DNA from: an uncultured Acidobacteriota bacterium
GTDB lineage: Bacteria > Acidobacteriota > Vicinamibacteria > Fen-336
Length of the DNA: 64,000 nt
Assembly: GCA_963720545.1 (NCBI GenBank)
Contig: OY970399.1
Coordinates: forward strand, 2,240,001-2,304,000
Reading direction: 5' to 3'
The position numbers and the translations under genes were made by a program. Positions 58,644-64,000 of the stretch are shown one piece after another (within the stretch, counting starts at the first letter, position 1; each line of letters starts with the position of its first letter). The notes beneath the pieces are model-generated. The model saw only the letters and a list, made by a program, of their open reading frames with translations, was not told the DNA's origin and ran no database searches.

Positions 58644-58694
58644 ATGAACAGCTGCAATGAACAGCATATGAACGGCGAATGAACGGATGACGGA
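58644..58694. repeat. Array of short direct repeats ATGAACRG upstream of the OmpA gene
   Basis: ATGAAC at 58644, 58657, 58668 and 58679, plus degenerate ATGACG at 58687. Confidence 0.8.
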
Positions 58695-58710
58695 ACGATA
58701 GCTTTACTAA

Positions 58711-59664
58711 TCACGAAGCCGGCGGCACGTAGCCGCTTCGCGTACGAACGGTAACGCCCTTGCGCGTCGAACGCACCTCGACCCGCCGGAACCCCTTGGA
58801 ACCGGTGTCCGGAAGGTCGTAGCCGATACGATACTGGTGCTTCAGCTCGCCGACGATCTGGTCGGCGGCCAGCTTGAGATCCTTGAATTCGCTGACGATG
58901 AAGGCGGCGCCGCCGGACATGTCCGCGTAGCGCCCGAGCACCTGCGCGCCCTGCGCCGCGAGTGCCCGGTCCTTGCCGACGAAGCGCTCCGACTCGGGGT
59001 TGTCGAGCGGCGACACCACCGAGAGCGTGTAGATCGGCACGTCGAGGGAACGCGAGCGCGCGATCACCTCGTCGGGCGTCTTCTTCGAGGCGGTGTCGAT
59101 GCCGTCGGTGATGACGATGACCGCGCGGCGGCCCTCGCCCCACGAAGCCAGGTCCTCGGCGCCCTTGTTGAGCGCGTCGTGCAGAGCCGTGGTGCCGAAC
59201 GGCTGCAGCTCGGTCCACGAGCTCTCGATCTTCTTGCGGTCCCTGGTGAAGGCGACGACGCCCCAGTACTTGCTGTCGAAGCCGGCGAGCGCCACTTCGT
59301 CGACCGGATCGAGGCTGCTGAGGATCTGCAGCATCGCCATCTTGGTGCTCGAGAGCTTCAGGTCGGCGTTCATGCTGCCGCTCGCGTCCACCAGCAGCAG
59401 GATGCGCGCGCCGCCCTCGCGGCCGGAAGAAAAGTGCACCACCTTCTGCGGCGCGCCTTCGTCGAACACCTGCACGTCGTTGACCGTGAGATCGGTGACC
59501 GGCCGGCCGCTCTTCGAGACGGCGCTGGCCGAGAGCAGCACCATGCGCGCGTCCGACTCGAAGGTCGGGATCTGGCTGGTGAGCGGACGCGCCTGTGCCA
59601 GCGACAAGCACCCGGCGAAGACAGCCAGGGCGGCACCCGCGCGGATTTTTGTGGCATGTATCAC
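58711..59664 (-). CDS. Secreted VWA-domain protein (acidobacterial VWFA-related family); start uncertain
   Basis: PTFESDARMV, MIDAS DASGS, GTTALHDA, ITDGID, QYRIGY, VRTRSGY. Confidence 0.85.
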   Translation of the reverse strand: MIHATKIRAGAALAVFAGCLSLAQARPLTSQIPTFESDARMVLLSASAVSKSGRPVTDLTVNDVQVFDEGAPQKVVHFSSGREGGARILLLVDASGSMNADLKLSSTKMAMLQILSSLDPVDEVALAGFDSKYWGVVAFTRDRKKIESSWTELQPFGTTALHDALNKGAEDLASWGEGRRAVIVITDGIDTASKKTPDEVIARSRSLDVPIYTLSVVSPLDNPESERFVGKDRALAAQGAQVLGRYADMSGGAAFIVSEFKDLKLAADQIVGELKHQYRIGYDLPDTGSKGFRRVEVRSTRKGVTVRTRSGYVPPAS

Positions 59665-59771
59665 GGTGACGCCAGTATAGACCCCGGCAAACAGGCCCAG
59701 AGAGGCGCTGGCACTGGCGATTGTGATGCGCGTCACGTTGCTCCCTGCTAGGCTCTGGCTTCGCAAAATCA

Positions 59772-60818
59772 ATGAAAACCAGCGGCTCGATGACCGCCGT
59801 CCTCAAGCCGCGTGCCGCCCCGGGTCTCGAGGTCGCACGCGTCGAAATCCCGGCGCTCGGACCGCACGACGTGCTCATCAAGGTGCAGGCAGCGAGCATC
59901 TGCGGCACCGACCTGCACATCTACAAGTGGGACAAGTGGGCCGCCTCGCGGATCCGCACGCCGCTGGTCTTCGGCCACGAGTTCTGCGGCGAGGTGGTGG
60001 CGATCGGCGAGCTGGTGTCGCGCGTGGCCCCGGCGGCGTTCGTGTCCGTCGAGGGCCACATCCCCGACGGCACCTGCTTCCAGTGCCTCACCGGCAACAG
60101 CCACATCTGCGAGAACCTGCAGATCGTCGGCATCGACCGGCCGGGCTGCTTCGCCGAGTACGTCGCGGTGCCGGAGCAGAACGTCTACGCGCTCGACCGC
60201 AGCATTCCGCTCGAGGTGGCCGCGATCCTCGACCCGTTCGGCAACGCCGTGCACACGACGCTCGCCGGCGCCATTGCCTCGCTGTCGGTCGCCGTGCTCG
60301 GCGCCGGGCCCATCGGCTGCTGCGCGGTGGCGGTGGCGCGCGCCGCCGGCGCCAGCTTCATCGCCGCGACCGACGTGCGCGAATACCGCCTGCAGCTCGC
60401 GCGCCGCATGGGGGCCGACACCGTGATCGACTCGACGCGCGACAACCCGGTCGAGGTGGTCCGCAGCGCCACCGCCGGGCGCGGCGCCGACGTGGTGCTC
60501 GAGATGAGCGGACACCCGGACGCGGTGCGCCAGGCCTTCAAGATGGTGCGCCGCGGCGGACGCATTTCGCTCCTCGGCATCCCGTCGCAGGCGGTGGCGC
60601 TCGACCTCGCCGAGGACGTCATCTTCAAGGGCGTCACGGTGCAGGGCATCAACGGCCGCCTGATCTGGAAAACCTGGCACCAGGCCGAGGCGCTGCTGCG
60701 CTCGGGACGCGTCGACCTGCGGCCGCTCATCACCCACACCCTGCCGCTGCGCGAGATCGAGGAAGGCATGCGCCTCCTCGAGAGCGGCAATGCCGCGAAG
60801 GTGATCCTCAAGCCATAG
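59772..60818 (+). CDS. tdh: L-threonine 3-dehydrogenase
   Basis: ICGTDLHIY.WD.WA, GHEF, PFGNAVHT, GAGPIG, LEMSG, GINGR. Confidence 0.9.
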   Translation: MKTSGSMTAVLKPRAAPGLEVARVEIPALGPHDVLIKVQAASICGTDLHIYKWDKWAASRIRTPLVFGHEFCGEVVAIGELVSRVAPAAFVSVEGHIPDGTCFQCLTGNSHICENLQIVGIDRPGCFAEYVAVPEQNVYALDRSIPLEVAAILDPFGNAVHTTLAGAIASLSVAVLGAGPIGCCAVAVARAAGASFIAATDVREYRLQLARRMGADTVIDSTRDNPVEVVRSATAGRGADVVLEMSGHPDAVRQAFKMVRRGGRISLLGIPSQAVALDLAEDVIFKGVTVQGINGRLIWKTWHQAEALLRSGRVDLRPLITHTLPLREIEEGMRLLESGNAAKVILKP

Positions 60819-62568
60819 GGCTGGCGGGCGCCTCGAGCACCTTGACGACCACGAGCGTGGCATCGTCGCTTTGCGCCGTCGTGCCCTGGAAGGCGCGCAG
60901 GTCCTCGCCGATGCGCTCGGCGATGGTGCCGGCGCCCAGCGCGGCGGCGGCGATCACCAGTTCGGACAGCCGCGCCACGCTGTATTCGGCGCGGCGGTTG
61001 TAGGCCTCGGTGACGCCGTCCGAATGGAAGACCAGGATGTCGCCCGGGGAGAGAGCGATGCTGTGCTCGTCGTATTCCGAGCCGTCGAAAGTGCCGAGCG
61101 GCAGGCCGGGAATTTCGATCGGCGTGCAGGTGCGGTCCTGCGCGCGGTAGTGCAGCGGATACGGCGAGCCGGAATTGGCGAGCACCATCGTGTGGGCGCG
61201 AAAGTCGAAGAGCGCGTAGGTGAGCGTGCAGTAGAGCCCCTCGACGCCGCGGCGCCGCAGCGTGCGGTTGACCCGGGCCAGGAGGCTCGCGGGTGAATGG
61301 CGCTCGAAGGCACGCGCGCGCACAGCGCCGGATGCGAAAGCGCCGTAGAGCGCCGCCGGCACGCCCTTGCCGGAAACGTCGCCGATGGCGAGGCCGATGC
61401 GGCCTTCCGCGAGGTCGTAGAAGTCGTAGAGGTCGCCGCCCAGCTCGAGCGCCGGTACGAACCACGCCGCCGCTTCCCAGCCCTCGCCGCGCGGCGCCTC
61501 CTCGGGGAACAGGCCGTCCTGCACCTGGCGCGCGATCGCCAGTTCCCGGGAGCGGCGATGCTCGGTGCGCCGGATCTCCTCCACGAGCCGCGCGTTCTCG
61601 ATCGCGATCGCCACCTGGCTCGCGAGCGGCATCAGGATCGCGACGTGCTCCTGGGTGAAGCGGTTGAGGTGCGGCGACTCGAGGTCGAAGACGCCGACCA
61701 CGCGGTCCTTGTAGATGAGCGGCACCACCAGCTCGGAGCGCGTGTCGGGCACCGCCTGCACGTAGCGATGGTCCTCCAGCACGTCGCCCACCAGGATCGG
61801 CTGGCGCGCCAGCACCGCGTGGCCGGTGAGCCCCTCGCCGATCGCGATGCGGGTCTTTTCCTTGGTCGGCCCGAAGCACACCGCCTTGCGCAGCACCAGG
61901 TCGCCCGCCGCCTCGTCCACCAGCAGGATGCCGAAGCTGTCGTAGTCGATCATGCGCTTCACGATCTCGGCGAGGCGCGTGAGCAGCGCGTCGAGGTCGA
62001 GGATCGAGGTGGTCTCCTTGCCGATCTCGTGCAGGTTCTTCAGCAGGTTCGTGTAGTAACGGCTCTCGCGATAGAGCTTGGCGTTGGCGATCGCCGCTGC
62101 CAGGTGGTTTGCGAGCACCGTCAGGCCCATGATCGCTTCGGGCGTGAAGGCGTGCGGATCGGGTCCCTCGACGTTCAGCACGCCGACCAGCTCGTCGTTG
62201 GTGATGAGCGGAATCGCCAGCTCGGCGACGACGCCGGGGAAGAGCGTGATGTAGCGCGGGTCGCGCGAGATGTCGGGTACGAACACCGTCTCGCGGCGCG
62301 CGGCCGCGGTGCCGACGATGCCTTCGCCCAGGGCGACGCGGAACTGCGAGGCGAGCTCGGGCGAGTAGCCCTCGACGAGCGCGGGGACCAGGGTGCCGTC
62401 CGGCTGGTGCAGGAAGATGTCGAGGAACTTGTAGTCGACGATGCGGCGCACAGTCGCTGCGATGCGCGGCAGCAGCTTGTCGAGGTCGAGGACCTGGTTG
62501 ACCTCGGCGATGAGTGGCAGGATCTCCGCCAGGACGCCTTGCGCGACGCGCTCGGTGCTGCTCGCCAA
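60808..62568 (-). CDS. GAF-GAF-PP2C (SpoIIE/RsbU-like) serine phosphatase; start uncertain
   Basis: Two GAF domains; GGDLYD, GDVSGKG, SDGVTE, DDAT metal-binding motifs. Confidence 0.9.
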   Translation of the reverse strand: MASSTERVAQGVLAEILPLIAEVNQVLDLDKLLPRIAATVRRIVDYKFLDIFLHQPDGTLVPALVEGYSPELASQFRVALGEGIVGTAAARRETVFVPDISRDPRYITLFPGVVAELAIPLITNDELVGVLNVEGPDPHAFTPEAIMGLTVLANHLAAAIANAKLYRESRYYTNLLKNLHEIGKETTSILDLDALLTRLAEIVKRMIDYDSFGILLVDEAAGDLVLRKAVCFGPTKEKTRIAIGEGLTGHAVLARQPILVGDVLEDHRYVQAVPDTRSELVVPLIYKDRVVGVFDLESPHLNRFTQEHVAILMPLASQVAIAIENARLVEEIRRTEHRRSRELAIARQVQDGLFPEEAPRGEGWEAAAWFVPALELGGDLYDFYDLAEGRIGLAIGDVSGKGVPAALYGAFASGAVRARAFERHSPASLLARVNRTLRRRGVEGLYCTLTYALFDFRAHTMVLANSGSPYPLHYRAQDRTCTPIEIPGLPLGTFDGSEYDEHSIALSPGDILVFHSDGVTEAYNRRAEYSVARLSELVIAAAALGAGTIAERIGEDLRAFQGTTAQSDDATLVVVKVLEAPASPMA

Positions 62569-62626
62569 CTTGCTGGCGATGGTAACACGCGCCCCGGCAG
62601 CGGCTGGTACACTGCGGCGCATCCCG

Positions 62627-63085
62627 ATGACGAGCATTACCGAGTTCAAGCTGCCCCTCGAAATCGAGGACATAAAGCGCATCCTGCCGCATCGCTACCC
62701 GTTCCTGCTGGTCGACCGCATCCTCGAACTGGAGGCGGACCGCCGCGTCCTCGGCCTCAAGAACGTCTCCGCCAACGAGCGCTACTTCATCGGCGGCCCG
62801 GGCGGCGTGCCGATGCTGCCGGCCTCGATCCTCACCGAGGCGATGGCGCAGGCGGGCGCGGTGCTGATCCTCGCCAAGCCCGAGAACCGCGCGCGCCTCA
62901 TCTACTTCATGGGCATCGACAAGGTGCGCTACCGCCGTCCGGTCGTGGCCGGCGACCAGGTCCTGCTCGAGGGCCAGGTGCTGCGCCTGCGCAGCAAGAT
63001 GGGCACGCTGCGCGGCATCGCGCGGGTGGACGGCGAGGTCGTGTGCGAGGGGCAGATGACTTTCGCTCTCGGCGAACCGGCCTGA
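62627..63085 (+). CDS. FabZ-like hot-dog fold protein lacking the catalytic His
   Basis: LPHRYPFLLVDRI, KNVSANE, EAMAQ, RRPVVAGD; the GHFP motif is replaced by GGPG. Confidence 0.85.
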   Translation: MTSITEFKLPLEIEDIKRILPHRYPFLLVDRILELEADRRVLGLKNVSANERYFIGGPGGVPMLPASILTEAMAQAGAVLILAKPENRARLIYFMGIDKVRYRRPVVAGDQVLLEGQVLRLRSKMGTLRGIARVDGEVVCEGQMTFALGEPA

Positions 63086-63822
63086 GCCGCGCCACCCTCT
63101 CCCTCGCCCGAGCGCTCTCGAAATTCGGCGTGTGCTCCCGCAAGCAGGCCGAAGGTGTGGTTGCCGAAGGCCGGGTGAGCGTCAACGGCCGCCGCGAGAC
63201 GAACGCGCTGCGCTTCATCGACCCTGGCAGTGACCGTGTGAGTGTCGACGGCAGTCCCGTCGGCGACCTCGCGGCGGTCACGGTCGTGGCGCTCAACAAG
63301 CCGACGGGCTACATCACCTCGCGCACCGATCCGGCGGGCCGGCCCACGGTCTATCACCTGCTGGCCGCGGACCCGTCGCTGCCGTGGCTCTTTCCGGTGG
63401 GCCGCCTCGACCGCGACACCTCCGGACTGCTGATCCTCACCAACGACCATCGGCTGGGGCAGCGGCTCACCGACCCGCAGCGCCACCTGCCGAAGACCTA
63501 TCACGCGCTGCTGCGCGGCGGACCGTCCAGCGAAGCGCTCGCCGCGCTGCGCGAGGGCCTGCTGCTCGGCGACGACTCCTCGCCGACACGCCCGGCCGGC
63601 GTCCGCGACCTCGGCCGGCGGCGCGGCGGCGACGCCTGGCTCGAAATCGTGCTCACCGAAGGGCGCAATCGCCAGGTGCGGCGGATGTGCGCCGCGGTTG
63701 GCCACGACGTGCTGGAACTCGTGCGGGTGGCGATCGGCGGGTTCGCGCTGGGCGACATCGCCGCGGGCGCCTTCCGCCGGCTATCGCCGGCGGAAGTCAC
63801 AAAACTCTCGTCAGTTCCCTGA
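63082..63822 (+). CDS. rRNA pseudouridine synthase, RsuA/RluB family; start uncertain
   Basis: S4 domain, [33 protein letters not shown]. Confidence 0.92.
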   Translation: MSRATLSLARALSKFGVCSRKQAEGVVAEGRVSVNGRRETNALRFIDPGSDRVSVDGSPVGDLAAVTVVALNKPTGYITSRTDPAGRPTVYHLLAADPSLPWLFPVGRLDRDTSGLLILTNDHRLGQRLTDPQRHLPKTYHALLRGGPSSEALAALREGLLLGDDSSPTRPAGVRDLGRRRGGDAWLEIVLTEGRNRQVRRMCAAVGHDVLELVRVAIGGFALGDIAAGAFRRLSPAEVTKLSSVP

Positions 63823-63999
63823 AGGCGCCGTGATGGGCAAAGGCAGCACAGCACCGCCGCCTTCCTGGTCTTTGTACTGCAGCTGGTAGAGCCGCCAGTA
63901 GAGGCCGCGCTTCGCCAATAGCTCGAGGTGCGAACCGCGCTCGCGGATGCGGCCCTTGTGCAGCACCAGGATCTCGTCCACGTTGCGGATCGTCGAGAG
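63811..63999 (-). CDS. C-terminal end of an ABC exporter ATP-binding protein; 5'-truncated by window edge
   Basis: Manual translation [42 protein letters not shown], typical of MsbA-like NBD C-termini. Confidence 0.85.
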   Translation of the reverse strand, partial: LSTIRNVDEILVLHKGRIRERGSHLELLAKRGLYWRLYQLQYKDQEGGGAVLPLPITAPSGN

Positions 64000-64000
64000 G

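Noticed and set aside
58644..58694. CRISPR or iteron interpretation of the repeat array
   Set aside because: Units are 8 bp with gaps of 5 bp or less; no cas or rep gene is nearby.
60050..60115. Cys-to-Asp change at the first structural zinc ligand of Tdh (HIPDGTC)
   Set aside because: Acidic substitution at this ligand is known in zinc dehydrogenases, and the catalytic residues are intact.

Overview
High-GC, gene-dense chromosomal core region of an Acidobacteriota bacterium. The 16S carries the Acidobacteria-type 5' signature GATCCTGGCTCAGAATC; class is not determinable by eye. The window begins next to the presumed replication origin: jag/eloR (partial), rsmG, two parS sites, parA, parB, bactofilin. 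It continues with selD, a cystathionine beta-synthase, an F1-only atpHAGDC operon, and a surface-glycan locus (TMTC-like GT-C membrane protein, two convergent SAM methyltransferases carrying three Ig-like domains, wzm/wzt, heptose adenylyltransferase). Next come mfd-amidohydrolase-2 PPIases-atl, a FecR-domain/GGDEF/mreBCD-mrdA-rodA-rng run, ppiD-like, STAS, a prenyl synthase, purMN, tyrS and a complete rRNA operon (16S, tRNA-Ile, tRNA-Ala, 23S, 5S). The last part holds yebC-ruvCAB-queA, a CADD-like metalloenzyme, an HNH nuclease, a DUF4388 protein, DAHP synthase, an APC permease, an ECF sigma/ZAS anti-sigma pair, OmpA and VWA proteins, tdh, a GAF-GAF-PP2C phosphatase, a FabZ homolog lacking its catalytic His, a pseudouridine synthase and the 3' end of an ABC transporter. 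I saw no mobile element, prophage or CRISPR array. The best leads are the putative methyl-capped glycan/GT-C locus, the CADD variant, the His-less FabZ, a direct-repeat array upstream of ompA, a diguanylate cyclase heading the elongasome operon and a structured rng leader. All product calls rest on recognised motifs and synteny, not database searches.
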